A DNA stretch of 63,647 nucleotides from Gnetum montanum (GCA_015680685.1 MNCI01001745.1:1137330-1200976), one strand, 5' to 3'; positions 50,201 to 63,647 are shown, numbered from the stretch's first letter. Numbers and translations: made by a program. Notes: generated by a model from the letters alone, not told the origin.

Positions 50201-53200
50201 CATGTCTTTCCAAAAATTCACCAAATTACCCTTCATCCTCACTAGCAAGGATCATAACCAACAAGCCATGAGGATGTATGATTCCAAAGTCCTAGTCATC
50301 ATTGAGTGTAGGCAATCTTTAAGGATCAAAGGGAAGTGTCTTGATTTTTCAGTCATAAATGAAGATTGTTATAACTTCATTTGTGCTAAATACAAGCAAG
50401 CATGTTAATTCCCTAAATTAAAGTTGAGGCCAAAAATAATTTTGAGCTCATACATAAGCATGGAAAGGAGTACATCCTTTTCCCATATGACCAAATTCTC
50501 CTTAACAATATCTATTCTAGCATCCTAGGCCAATTGATTATCATGGAAGAGGAAGATGACAAGCCTAGCTTTGAGGAACAACAGGAAGAGAAGGATGAAT
50601 TTAAGGTAGAATATAAGCCTAAAAACATCCTTGGAGGACTATTCCAACAAACATTCCCCAAAGTCACAATGCCTTCCTCTAATGCTTTTGTTTTCTTCAT
50701 GGGCATGGCGCCACCATCTTCCACTCCTTCCTACCCTACTATGGTAAATCCCACACATGTTATAATGACACATCACACTTAACTAATGCCACAAACAAAC
50801 AACATTAGCACATCAATATCATTTATAACATAGGCTCAATATATAAAACCATCAATAGTCGTTGTTACCAGCACAAATCCATTAACTACTCACGTAGGGT
50901 CCACCATGGCATCTCAAGCAACATAGGGGTCATACACCCCATTTGTCTCATTTGTGCCTCAAATACTAGCACAAATATATTTTCCTTTATTTGGCCCACA
51001 AGACACAACTATAATGTAACCTCTTCCTTCTATCATGCAATCCATAACAAGGACACAAGCCTCACAATAGACACCACAACCTTATGTACAAACCTCACAA
51101 CCTATGGGGCCACCATAAGGCTTGGATCAAGCCTTCCAAATTATTCAAGACCTAATAGAGGAGTTGAAAAGGCTTAAAGACTCTACCATAAAAACTATCA
51201 ATATTATGAACTTCTTCTAGGAAAATCCCATAAGTCATGTAGTCCCACCCTTCACACTTCCTCCTAGTGTTCCCATTCCACAATTTAGCAAATATAATGG
51301 AGAAGGTTACCATAATGCTCACCTTAATATATTTTGATTAGAATGTTTAGTCTTGCATCTATGTTCTATACCATCATGAGGATTTTCCCTATGTCTTTGA
51401 TTGGGAAAGCACTTGATTGGTATTGCACATTACCGAGAGGATCCATATCCTCTTTGGAGGACTTAGTAGCCTAATTTGTCAACTACCTCAAGTATAACTT
51501 GAAGCCTAATACAATGCTTGGTCAACTCATGATGGTCAAGTAGGGATCCTTAGAACCTATACAATAATTCATTCAGTGGTGGAATGAACTATTAAATGAA
51601 ATACCAAATTCCATGGTTGAAGCCCACTTGTTAGCCATAGTCAAGGGAGTAGTTAATGACTTCATCAAGTCCAAACTCTACTACCTTGATCCATAATCTC
51701 TTAGCCAAGTGTTCTTGCAAACTAAAAACATAGAGGATGCTATGGATGCCAAACATGATCCAACCTATACAAAATATAAAAACCAACACACTCAAAGAGA
51801 CAAAGAAAAGAGAAAACACAACAACACTACCATAGTAATTGTAACTATGGAAAAAGAGACCACAAACCAAGGGCCAAAGTTCAATTTGCCAAAGCATCAC
51901 CAATGATTGTAGTAATCAACCATTAACTTTTGGTACCACTACATCAAAAACAAATAGGCCTTACTTTGAAATTAAGGATAGGTCTAAATACACTACATTT
52001 CCATTAAATCCATCCAAGTTGCTAGACTAAGTACTAAGAAATGGGCGCATGAAACAAAAACAAATGACCAAAGCTGCTTAAAAGAAACACGAGCAACTAT
52101 GTGAAATAGGAAAAGATTCCATTGAGGCAATGAAGGATTATCCCCATTTGCCTAGATACCTAAAGCTAGATCACTTTTTCCATTATCATCAATTTTCTAG
52201 TCATGACACAGAATTCTTCCATGTGCTAAAGGATGACCTACAAAGGATGATAGATAGGGGGGAATTGGTCTTAGATGCTTCTAACCTAGTTCAACCACAA
52301 AACTAGTTGATGCAAGTCTACAAAGATGCATTGAATGCTAATGATATCCCCTATGTTCTTTTAGCATTCAACATCAATGATAATCGAAGACCTAGAAGAA
52401 AACCATTCGTGATTCAAGTACCCCTCTACAATGAAAGGGCTTCATCAACTTTCCATAGCTCAAGATCCCACTTCATTATGAGAGTACCATCACAAATGCC
52501 TCTAAGGAAACCTTTTTTCATCAAGGTCTCCCAACCCAATACTACCCAAAAAACTATAGCTCAACCAACTGGACAAATAGCCCTTATGGTGGCCAATGCT
52601 ACTACCTCTTCCTTACAACCAATAGTTGAAAACCAATAGCCAAACAAAGGAATAAACATAAGAAAAAGCCTAATAATAAGGGAGACAAACATAAAGTGGT
52701 ATAAAAGGAAGTGGGTCCATCGAAGCCCACTTCCATTTTGGCTATACCCATGACCTCCTCTATTCCAACCTCTTCAACCAACAAGCCACAAGAGGACACC
52801 AAAGCCAACAACCAAAACAACAAGGAAAAGCCACAACAACTATAGCCTAAAGTTGAAGTTCACATTTTGGGACACATGAATAAAGTAAAGAACAATCAGG
52901 ATCACAAGCCCATGGCCAATGATAGAAACTTCCTCAATGCACTGGACCAAATCAGGCAATCCCTTAAGTAGAAAAACACAACCCAAAGCTTGAATGACTT
53001 GATCATGACTTCTGCCACATATCATGAGGCTCTAGTCAAAATCTTAACCTCCATACCTATTAGTGAGGATATTCCTACTAATGAGGAAGCCATCCAAGAA
53101 GTGATGATTCATCCCTCACTAGAGGAGTAGAAGTCAACACCCCTAACATTTTGTGATAGTGAAATTAAGGTTAATCCTTAGAATGGCAACGTGACTGCAA

Positions 53201-53752
53201 TTTCTTTATTCATAATCATACACATAGGACAATTTAAAATACATCAGGTGCATGTTGATGATGGAGCTACAACCAACATCATCTTATGCACCATCATTAA
53301 ATTCTTGGGCTTAACTAAGTAAGTACATCCTGCAACCACCAAAACTCTTAAGTCCTTTAATGGATCAAGAGTTACTATCAAGGGGTCCATCTCCTAAAAA
53401 TTTTGTAGCTAGATAAAAATTCCCTACAATCACCAACTTCTTAGTATTGGAAGAGACACCAGGATTCAAATTGATCCTGGGAAGGCCTTGGTTGGCTTAG
53501 TTACAAGTTGTGTCCTCACCCATTTATTAAGAAATTCATGTTCCTTACAAGGAAGGTCAAATCATCATTCATGATAATAATGTAATTTCCCTAGCTATCA
53601 ATCATGTAGACATAGAATAGTGGTCCAAAGTGGAGCTTCAAGAAGGAGCTCCTAGCCATGAAGAGAAAACACTAAAGATAGTCAACTCTGAAAACAATAA
53701 GCAATGGGATACATTATGGGATGAACTCACTTTTAACATCATAAGCAAAGGG
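47246..53752 (+). mobile_element. Tat/Ogre-type element C: 5' LTR 47246-48791, gag-protease ~50202-53750, interrupted by element D
   Basis: Starts TGAAATACCAC inside the gag of B. LTR end TTTTCAATCACAACA. Protease HQVHVDDGATTNI...LILGRPWL. Confidence 0.85.
49742..49880. other. Assembly gap (N run) after a C-rich tract
   Basis: Read directly from the sequence. Confidence 0.99.
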
Positions 53753-55476
53753 TATTACAATCAAAAACCTTTGTTGCTGGAATGAAAAACAAAGGATCCT
53801 TAGTGTAAGCAGTTCCCCAACCTCAAATGCCCAGGGCCTTTGCAATAAAAATGGGATTCATGGCACCCTAGCTAGTTTTGCAAATTAAGCAAGGACTTAT
53901 GAGATGCAAAATGTGGAAATATTCATAAATCCAAATAATGCACAAATAATAAATTTCCTTTTGAACACAAAACTCAAAACATAAAAACTTTATTAAGAAA
54001 GAATAAAGAAAAAGTTAGAGAAATGTGTACAAATGGTGCCTGGATGAGCAAAAAAGGGGGGTTTCACTTGAGCAAGAGCTCAAATCTCATTGAATCCAAT
54101 GTGATGAGCTCCACGATTCAGCTCCTAAAGCACTCTTAATGTTATTGAAATTTCCTTTACCACTGCAACCTTGGATCTATCAATTGGGTCACTCAAGCCT
54201 ACAATGCTTCCATGCTAGGATTCAAGAGAATGCAAGTATGGAAACTTGTAAGAGCTCTTAAGTGCTTGAAAATGTCCCAAGTGTGGAATTTTGTGTATCC
54301 AAATTACATATTACTTATATGGCCAAAAATTATTGAACTTTGTCAAAAACATAGAACCATGAGAAAAATTGTTACAGCCACTAAATGGTGTTTAAGATTC
54401 ACTTTTATAGGATCTTTGGACAATCAATGGGGCTAAAAATTGGCTATGACTTGGTTGTATATTGGCTATAAAATTTCTACAAGTTGGCTACAAATTTAGG
54501 TGAGATGGGTGCCCAAATTTTGGGGGTTACTATACATAGTAAGTGCTCCTTCCATTGTCATTCCATTTACTATAAATAGTAACCAGGGCATGCCTTTCAT
54601 GATGGAGATGAATCTTCCACCCTGAGCTCTTCACCATGCTTGTTGAAGTGGTTGGTCAACATTGAAGTTCATGAATTCATAAATTTTTCTTCTTGTGGCA
54701 TCCACATTGGGGGATTGAATTTTCCATGCTTGGGAAAAGTTTCTACATGAACTTTCACATTGGGGGGAAAGTTTTCAAGTTGGGGGAGGGGGGAAGAGAA
54801 CTTTCACATTGGGGAAAAATTTTCCAAGATAAGGGGAAAAGTTTCCAAGCTAGGGGAAAGTCTCCAAGTTATGCATTTGATCTCCACATTGAACAAGGGA
54901 AAATCTTCCAAACCCTCCATCCTTCCATGCTAGGGGTAGGTGAGATCTACCCTCCTACAAGTGTTTCTAGCATAGAAAAATGCATATCCCCCATAAAACC
55001 CATCAAATATAGATAATAGATGACTTTTTTTTCACTTGGGGAATGAGGCTTTAATCACTTATGAGGCATTTTTCAATCCCAAAAGTATAACATATGTGAA
55101 ATTACCCATTGTGGGATATAATTTTCACTTTTACAATGAGATATTTCCTTAGGTTTCATGCGGTGAAAGCTACATGATGAAGACTAGTTATAACATGCAA
55201 AATTTTGTGGTGTTTCTATGGCCCCTCTTTGTTGATGCCTAGAGGATTGTCCCAAGAGGCACTAACAAAGAATACAAAACATCACTACATATTATAATGT
55301 TACAATGCATATAGGCCACATGATAATTAGGCTATCCAAGTCATCAATGTTGCTAGTTTAAGGCAATGGTGGGCCATGGTACCAAGTTAAGGTCTTAACA
55401 ACCCATGTTGCAAGTTTAAGGTCATAGAGGACCATTGAAAGAAGGCTTGCTTGTTGACAATCTATCAGCTACATGT

Positions 55477-58400
55477 AGTATGAATTTAGATAGCAATGAT
55501 TGACCAAATTGGCTAGCTCATTCCCATCCATATTAGCTATTTTGAATGCTCCATTCCTGTAGGCTCTAGTGATAAGAAAGGACCCTTCCCAGTTGGCTAA
55601 GAATTTGTTTGTATGCTCACTAGGTTGTCCTCCTTGATCTTGCTTATGCTCAAGTTATGGTGATATTCTTTCTTTTTCCTCTCTTGATAATTCTTGATGT
55701 GAGCAACGACTTGCATATGCCACTCCTCCACCAAATCTAAGGCTACCATCTATAACTCCTTCTTCTGCTCGTTGTTGATGAAGTCGATCAAGGCTACTTA
55801 GAGTGATGGCACCTACAATTCAAGAGGTAAAACAACTTCAAAATCATAAACAAGGCTATAAGGGATCATGTGGGTTGCCATGCAATAGGTTTTTTTATAT
55901 ACCCATAGTGCATGGACAAGCCACTCATGCCACTTCTACTTACTATTGTTGAGCATCTTCTTAAGCAAGTTGATGATGGCCTTGTTGCTTGCTTTTTCTT
56001 GTCTATTGGCTTGAGGGTAGTAAGAGGAGATAGAATGCTTAATGCCTAGGTCATGACAAAAATCCTTGGTTTCTTAGCTACTAAATTAAGGTTTTTTGTC
56101 TATAACTATGATCTTGGGTATGCTCAAACAAGCTATAATGTTATATAGGATAAATTTGCAAACTTCCTTAGATGTGATCTTCCTTAGGGGAATAGCCTCA
56201 ACCCACTTGGTAGAGTATTTGGTTGCAGTGATGATGAAGTTATGTCCTACAGAAGACTGAGGCATTATGGGTTCAATGATATCCAACCCCCATTGTTCAA
56301 ATGACCATGTTATCTAGGTTGTATGTAACTTAGTTGGTAATACATGTATTAGGTTGCCATATCATTGGCATGTGTCACATCACTTAACCTTTTATAGGAA
56401 GTCATTTTCTATATGGGGCCAATAGTAGCTTAACCATGTAATATTAGTGGCCATGGCTCTAGGTCCTATATTCCCTTCACAAACTCTCTCGTGAACCTCC
56501 TCTAGGACTGTTCTAGCTTTGGCTTTACTAAAGCACTTTAGGAGTATGCCATCATAGGATTTTTGACATAATGTGTTATCACCTACAATGACATACTACT
56601 TCAATTACTTGCATATGGCATCCTTTTGAGAAGTAGTAGGCATTATGAGGATTCATCATGTATACAGTAAAATTTGAGATCATCATACCACTCCTTCGGA
56701 GGAGAACTATGGACGATGTCCATAAAGGTATCCTTAGTATTTTATGTGATGGAAGTAGCATAGTCCATGGTTAATGTGCACAACTTACTAAACACATGAA
56801 ATCATACTAAGGGCTAATGTTGAAATTTCATCAACTATGGCATTTTTGTTTTGAGGTATGTGTTGGATATCAATATCTATGAATTTTTATAACTAGTTTC
56901 CTAGGTCATAGTAAGGTTGTAAATGCTTAGATTTGCATGCATAGGCTTTGGTTACTTGGTTGAACATAAGTTGTGAATTTCCTTTGATGGCTATGTATCT
57001 AATTCCTAGGTCATGAGCTACCATTATCCCTCTAATCAAACCCTCATATTCTGCTATGTTGTTGGTACATGAAAACCCAAAACAATAGGTTAAGGGTTGG
57101 ATCTCACCAAATGAAAATGTTATGATGGAAACAACACTAGCCCCATGGATAATTGGAGCTCTGTCAAAGTTTATGATTACCTCGTAATCCTTAGGCACTT
57201 GGATAACTATGTTAATGTGTTCATTAGGGAACTCAATGTCTATGGCTCATTGGTCATCAACAAGTAAAACTATGAGTTGTACAACTATAGCTTGACCTTT
57301 TGTTGAGGACTGAGTACATAATGAAGGTTGAATTCTGTGGTTATGGCTTTCCATTAAGCTATATGGCTACTTTTGTAGATGTTGATCCTTATGGCCTTGA
57401 GTATGTTGTCCTTACGAATTACATTGACTTGGCTTCTAAAGAGGTAGTGCCTCCATTTCTTCAAACAGAAGACTAGTGCTAGACAATACATCTCCACCTT
57501 AGTGTATCAAGTATTATAGGAAACTAACACATGGTTAAGGTAGTATACAAGCATTTTTGTCCTGTCATCACATTTTTGATAGAATAGAAAGGTAATGGAT
57601 GTACCAAAGATGGCAAGAAAAATGTAAAATAGTTTACCCTCTTTTGGAGGATAGACTATTAGTAGTTGTGCCAACTCTTGCTCAAGGTTTTCAAAGGCCT
57701 CTTGGCATTGAGTAATTTACTCATAATGAACTCCTTTCTTTAGCAAGTGTTGCATAGGCTGTAACTTATCCATAAGCCTAGTGATAAACTTAAGAATAAA
57801 CTATAATATACTTGTAATCCCTGAAGCTCTTTAAGGTTGGTAGGTATCTCCAATTTGGATATGGCCTTAACCTTATCAGGATCTAAATGTATCCCTACTT
57901 TAGAGATTACAAATCCAAGCATCTTACCAGTCTTGACATCAAAGACACACTTTTTAGGATTGAGCCTAAGCTCATATTTGAGGCATTACTTAAACATGAG
58001 ATCTAGGTCATTAGCTATCTTAGACTTCAGAACTATTTCATCTACATAATCATTAAGCAAACCTAACATGTAATCACTAAAGATATAGGCCATGGATCTT
58101 TGGTATATTACTCTAACATTCTTAAGGCCAAAGGACATCTTGGTATAACAAAAGTTATCCCATGGGTCATAAAATTCATGTTGAGCTGGTGCTCTACGTT
58201 AATCCTAATTTGGTTATATCCTAAGAATCCATCCATAAAGGACAACAAGGCATGTTTGGCTATAGTATTGATAAGTTGATCAATACTAAGCAAAGGGATG
58301 TCATCCTTGATGGTTGCTTTATTTAGGTCTTGAAAATTAATGCAAATATGGATACTCCCATTTTTCTTAGGAACTACCACTATGTTGGATACCCACTTTG

Positions 58401-58917
58401 CGTAATCAATAGCCCTAATGAAACCTGCTTGGTAGAGCTTTGAGATTTCATTGTGAACTTCCAAGGCCAAATTAGCTCGAATCTTTCACACTTTTTGCTT
58501 AACTAGTCTAATGGTAGGATCCAATATGATGTTGTGTTGGACTAGACATGGATCTAGGCCCAACATATCTTCATATGACTAGGAAAATGCCTTAAGGTTA
58601 GTTGTAAGATTTTGGTGATACCTTGAGCATATTGAGGCTTGAGTGAGGAACTTAGTTTAAGGATTTTCTCCTCACCACTATGTGTTGCGATAAGAACCTC
58701 AACTAGAGAATCTTCAATTATGTCTCTTGCTTCTAAATTAAGGTTTTAACTGGGTTTTTAGGCCATTCTAGAGTTTTCTCTATTGAGGCTATGTGGTCTA
58801 CAAGACTCTTAGGCTCAAGATCTAGGTAATCAGGTCAATACACTATTTAATATCATTGTGAGGTTCATGTAGATACAAATGCAAACTAATTTGCTCCTAG
58901 GTACTCATACTTTAACC
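55477..58917 (-). pseudogene. pol: pol of element D: RT - RNase H - additional RNase H - integrase
   Basis: WVSNIVVVPKKNG..CINFQDLNKA..LSFMDGFLGYNQI; YVDEI; LGFVIS..GIHLDPDKVKAI; WGLDIIEP...STKWVEAIPL; YYPQANRQ; FLANWEGSF. Confidence 0.92.
56893..57198 (-). pseudogene. Additional (archaeal-type) RNase H domain, diagnostic of Tat/Ogre elements
   Basis: INFDRA...CTNNIAEYEGLIRGIMVAHDLGIRYIAIKGNSQLMFNQV, located between the native RH and the integrase. Confidence 0.9.
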
Positions 58918-59699
58918 CTGCATATCAACCAAAAGGATATTAAGTAGCACTTTGTTAAAAGTGAATAAATAATGTTAAAATATCATAAAAAATATGTCAA
59001 TCTAATGTAATCTAGGCCATCCAAGATCATCAATGAGATAAGATCAATTTGAAAAAGTTCAATAGATGTGAACAAAGGTCACATAAAGGTCAAATAAGGG
59101 AAATTATGAGTAATGGTACAAATGATCAATAAATGTCACAATTTTGCTAGTTTAAGTCCTTAGCAGGCCATGGTCAAATGGTGTCAAACAATGGTCAAGA
59201 AAGGTCAAATCTCAAGCCAAATAGAACTATAATAAGACAAGCAATGAACATATAAGGTTGTATAAAGGCTATAGAAGGTTAACCATGTCACTGAGGCAAC
59301 ATAAGTCCAAAATCAAGCCAAAACATTATGTAATAAGGCAAATACTCAAGCAAAATAGGTTATATATGATGAAATTTTTTTAATATAGGAAAAAATGGTT
59401 AGGTTTTTGCTATGTTTAGGCCTTAGTGGGCCATGTTTTAAGGCTACAGGGCTATCAGGTGAGTTCAAGCATTAATCAGGGCTATTTCTAAGCTATTTAG
59501 ATTTAAAAATCCAACATATTAAGGATTCCATGTTGGGCACAATGTGAAAATAAGGGCCCTTGGTATGAAGATTAAGGAAAATAGGTTTTGGCACAATTAG
59601 AGGTCCAAAATTGAGGTCTTGGAACCTTCCCAAGGTAGTGTAGAGTTGTATCCCTCAAAATTGGGCTCTCTAGAGGTTTGTAAGGGAAAAAAGTAGTTT

Positions 59700-62600
59700 C
59701 TAAAGCCTTCCCCCCTTGTTTCCATGCTAGTTAGCATGGAAAATAGGGGGGCTTGACATGGGGAGCCAAAATCCAAGAAAATATAAGGTCAACCATGGTC
59801 AAGCAAGCTAACGGAGTCCAGATCTAGAACTTGTGCATCTCCCAGCTTTGTTTCAAGGAAATTTGAAGTCATTTTGAGTGTCAATAAATGTTAAAATGGA
59901 TTATCTCATCCTCCCCTCCCCCCNNNNNNNNNNNNNNNNNNNNNNNNNNNNNNNNNNNNNNNNNNNNNNNNNNNNNNNNNNNNNNNNNNNNNNNNNNNNN
60001 NNNNNNNNNNNNNNNNNNNNNNNNNNNNNNNNNNNNNNNNNNNNNNNNNNNNNNNNNNNNNNNNNNNNNNNNNNNNNNNNNNNNNNNNNNNNNNNNNNNN
60101 NNNNNNNNNNNNNNNNNNNNNNCCCAAAACTTTTTCCTTGCTATCCATAGTATCCTCAAAGTGGGAAAATATGGGAACACTTATTTTATAAATTCAAAGT
60201 GATTTTGGGGCATTTTGACTAGGTTTCTAGGCCCCTGGGGCTACAAAATTTGATTCTATAAGCTTCTGGATACTTTTGGGCATGTTTGAAGGCTATTTAA
60301 GGCTATTTAATGTTCTTCCCATGTTTTCACACTGGGGGAGTTACTCGAACATGGAAGAATTGGAGGAATGGATTTCAAAGATTGAAATGAGCTCAAACAA
60401 GTGAAATCTTGAGGCTATGGCGTCCTAGGCTTCTCTAGTGAAGATCTTTTCTTTTGGGATTGTCATCTTGCCTCCAAAATTGGAAAAACAGCTTCCCCAC
60501 CTTGTTTCCATGTTGTGGAAGTTACTTTAGCATGGAGGAAGTAAGAATATTAGATCTACACCAATCTAGATCACAATCAACCATGCATGTTACTTCCCAA
60601 GGTTGCTAGGATCAAGGGCTATGGATCCATGTTAAAATTTAGCAATTTTGGGCATCCCTAAGTGGCTTTTTGGTTATCCCCCATTTCTTCCATGATGAGG
60701 ATAGAGAGATCAACATGGAAAATAAGGGGAAATGGATTTTTGGCAATCTGGGATCAACTTTATGAAGTTTAAGACCTCCAACAGCTACTACTAGGGTTCT
60801 AGAGTGCATGAAATGTTATTTGATGTCATTTTGAGATGTTCAGGAGTCCCAAATAGGTCTCCCCTTGAGTTGCCATGCTGGGGAAGCTACCCTTAATGTG
60901 GAAAAATGGATCCCCAATGTGGAAGAATCATGAATCTTAGATCTAGATCAAAATTTCCCTCAATCAACATTGCATGTTAGCACTTGGGGCTATTGTGGTC
61001 AAGGACTAGGGTTTGATGTTAAATTTTGGTAATTTTGAGTATTTCTAAGTGTTTTTTGGACTTCCCCCTTCTTTCCACTCTAGGGATGTAGACTGCATTA
61101 TGGAAAACAAGGGAGAATACATTTTTTTTCCTTCTGACATCAATTTATTGATGTTTGAAAGCTCGAAATGATGTTGGAAGGGTCCTAGAGCACATACAAG
61201 TGTGGTTAATGTTATTCTAAGGTAGTTATGGAATCCAAATGGGTTTCTCCTTTAATGTACACACTAAGAAGGATGGAGGAAGGAATTCCCAGCATAAAGA
61301 AACCATAAAAATTAGATCTAACCTAGTTTTAACTTCAATCAACCATGCATGTCAGCCTTTGGGGCTACCAAGGTTGAGGACTAGGGTTTGGAGTTAAAAC
61401 TAGTCATTATTTTAAAGGTTTTTAAAGTGGTTGTTAGAATCCCCCCTGCACCCCCTCCCCCCTCCCCCCTCCCCCCTCATTTTCATGTTTTGTCTTCCAT
61501 GTTCAATGTGGAAAATTAGGGGGATAAGCTTTTTGAATCTTTATAGTCATTTTTGATCATGCATGTAGGCTTCTAAGGTTGCTAGAGACGATGGTCAATG
61601 CCTGGTGTCAAATTTTGGTTGTCTTGAAGGTTGATGACTAGTTTTTTGGCTTTGCCTCTTTTTCCACATTGGGGACTCTATACTCAACATGGAAAATTGC
61701 GGGAAAATCTTTTTGATGTTTTATCATCACTTTTAGTCATGCATGTGCATTCTTGAGGTTGTTGGTGTTGACTGCTAGCATCTAATATCAAAATTTGGCT
61801 GTCTCAAGGGTCATAAGGTAATTTTTGAACTTTTCCAACTTTCTCCATGGTAGGATTTCCATGCTCAATTTGGAAAAATGTAGTGAAATATTTTTGACCA
61901 TTTTTGACTACTTTCAATCATGCATGTATTTTTCTAAGGTCATTGGTGTCAACTGGTGTTACTTGATGTCAAAATTTGGTTGTTTCATGTTTGATAAGGC
62001 ATTATTTAGACTTCCCATACATTTCCCATACTAGGGCTTCCATGCTTAGTGTGGAAAAATGAAAAAACAAATTTTGGCTATTTTGACTACTTTTAGTCAT
62101 TCATGCAGTTTTCTAAGGTCACCGGTGCTAACTACTATTACTTGATGTCAAATTTTGGTTGTTTTAAGTTTGATAAGATATTTTTTAAACTTCCCCCTAT
62201 TTTTCCACATTAGAGATTCCATGATTAGTTTGGAAAAATGGGTGGAAAGCTTTTGGACTTGTGATCACTTTTGGGCATGCATGCAAACTTTTGAGATTGT
62301 TGGCATCAACTATTAACATCTGATGTAAAAATCTGATTGTTCTAAGGGTTGCTAGGCATTTTTTGGACATCCCCTCATTTTTCCACAGTGGGGCTTTCAT
62401 TTTAAATATGGAAAAGTAGGGGGGAAATAATTTTTAATCATTTTTTATTAATCTAGCTATGCATGAGTTCTCACAGGGTTCCTGGCATTGGCCATCAATG
62501 CCTAAGGGCAAGATTTGGTTGTTTTGTGGGATGTGAGGGGATTTTAGTCTTATCTTCTTTTCTCCACTTTGGGGGTCAAATGATCTACGTGGAAAGGTTC

Positions 62601-63190
62601 CCTTTTTGAAAAAAATTAGATCTAGGCCCAATTGATAGTTGATCGATCATGCATGTTAACCTCTGGGGTTGCTGATGTTGATTATCAATGTTGGGTGTCA
62701 AGATTTGGCAGTTTGTAGGCTTCTAAGTGTCTCATGAAATCTTCCCCATTTATTCGATGCTAGGAATGATGGTCCTAGCATGGATGAGAATGGTTTGATA
62801 GTTTTGTATCATATCTAACCCATTTTTGAGCTTCTGGAAGCTCCAAAGAGTTATAATAGGGTTTAGGGTTCACCAAGCATCAAGAAATGGTCATTAGGTG
62901 ATCAATCTAGGTCCATTTTGGCTTCCCCCATCTATCAATGTTGAGGGTGAGAAGCTCAACATGAAAGAAGCCTCCCCCAACATGGAACGCATCAAATCCT
63001 AGATTTTGACTAGTTTTGACTAGGTTTGGTGAGGTTCTGAGGCTTTCAGAGATGATTGGAGGGATTCTAGGTCATGTCGGGTCCACTTTTGAGTCAAATT
63101 TATGATATATGGATGTTGGGAGGCAAGAGTGACTATTAACTCCATTCTTCCATGCTATGCACTTTTTCCCCAACATGGAAATCCATGGTA
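59700..63190. repeat. Satellite-like tandem array (~180-190-bp unit) inside the spacer of element D
   Basis: CATGCATG anchors near 61558, 61738, 61919, 62098, 62276, 62458 and 62648. Spacing is ~380 bp (dimers) at 60582/60969/61344. Each unit has a TTTCCAYRYT...CATGGAAA inverted repeat. Confidence 0.8.
59924..60122. other. Assembly gap (N run) after a C-rich tract
   Basis: Read directly from the sequence. Confidence 0.99.
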
Positions 63191-63313
63191 CTTAACCTTG
63201 CTCATGTTTTACCCAATTTTGGAAACTTAGGGTTGAAAAAGGTAAGTTTGGGTTACCAAAAATAGAAAGATATTTTTAAGTCTAATGAATTTTTAAAATT
63301 ATAAACATGTTTC

Positions 63314-63647
63314 TGTTGGCGACCGTTTGGGATGCGACCGCCAACGAGTGTCCTCGAACAGGATTTAGGTGCCTGCTGGTCTCTGGCAACACCAAGGCCC
63401 AGATACCTCCAAATAACTCAGTAGTTAACGTGAGTATGTGTGTATGCTGTTGCGGCGTGCGGTTGTGTGCAATGTAATGATTGCGTGTGTGTGAAATATA
63501 AATGACTTACTTTAAAGAGATTCAGCCAACTTTGTCCAGTACTGTGAGTTATTGAAAGTTTCCTATTTTGTTCAACTACCTAGTCTACACGGTCCTTATA
63601 ATACCTGCTTGTAACAAGTAAAATTTTGCAAAAACATTTGAGCACAA
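63314..63647 (-). mobile_element. End of another young CpG-rich insertion (probable LTR 3' end ...CGCCAACA), running off the window
   Basis: Abrupt switch to CpG-rich sequence at TGTTGGCGACCG. Terminal hairpin GTTGGCG...CGCCAAC. Confidence 0.5.

Larger units (their letters stand above)
53753..63313 (-). mobile_element. Tat/Ogre-type element D (3' half): spacer, pol, PPT and 3' LTR 53753-55218
   Basis: Reverse complement shows PPT AAAGAGGGGCCA followed by (T)AGAAACACCAC. The LTR is homologous to those of B and C. Pol domains are listed separately. Confidence 0.85.

Noticed and set aside
47246-55218. Large TIR or foldback element formed by inverted repeats
   Set aside because: These are LTRs of two separate same-family retroelements in opposite orientation, each with its own PBS or PPT.
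49456-60202. ORFs containing X runs at 49456-49971 and 59878-60202
   Set aside because: Artefacts of reading through N gaps.

Overview
AT-rich, gene-poor, heavily CpG/CHG-depleted land-plant-like DNA made almost entirely of nested, decayed retroelements. I found no intact host gene. (1) There are two young, CpG-rich copies of a ~1.02-kb LTR: 1-905 (partial) and the solo LTR 23346-24364 with TGATGAG...CTCATCA ends and a CCTAG target-site duplication. Its transcribed part holds five covarying hairpins carrying about ten copies of one internal-loop module (CGA opposite GWA(U)CGGC). This is the strongest candidate for an undescribed system. (2) There are four copies of an old Tat/Ogre-type Ty3/gypsy family (A 15318-31447 +, B 42960-47245 +, C 47246-53752 +, D 53753-63313 -). 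In A, gag-protease is separated from the pre-RT linker by a ~5-kb non-coding spacer, and a homologous spacer lies upstream of RT-RH-aRH-INT in D. The spacer has splice-like ends, a ~180-bp hairpin satellite (clearest in D) and a possible spliced antisense gene (in A). (3) A 2.8-kb non-autonomous LTR element carries an intron-less pectin acetylesterase fragment. (4) There is an intron-less CCR4/PDE12-type EEP nuclease pseudogene. (5) The rest includes L1, RTE and RTEX-like LINE fragments, Tekay and copia relics, an env-like ORF relic and two unidentified coding relics. All calls come from reading and translating by eye; no database search was run.
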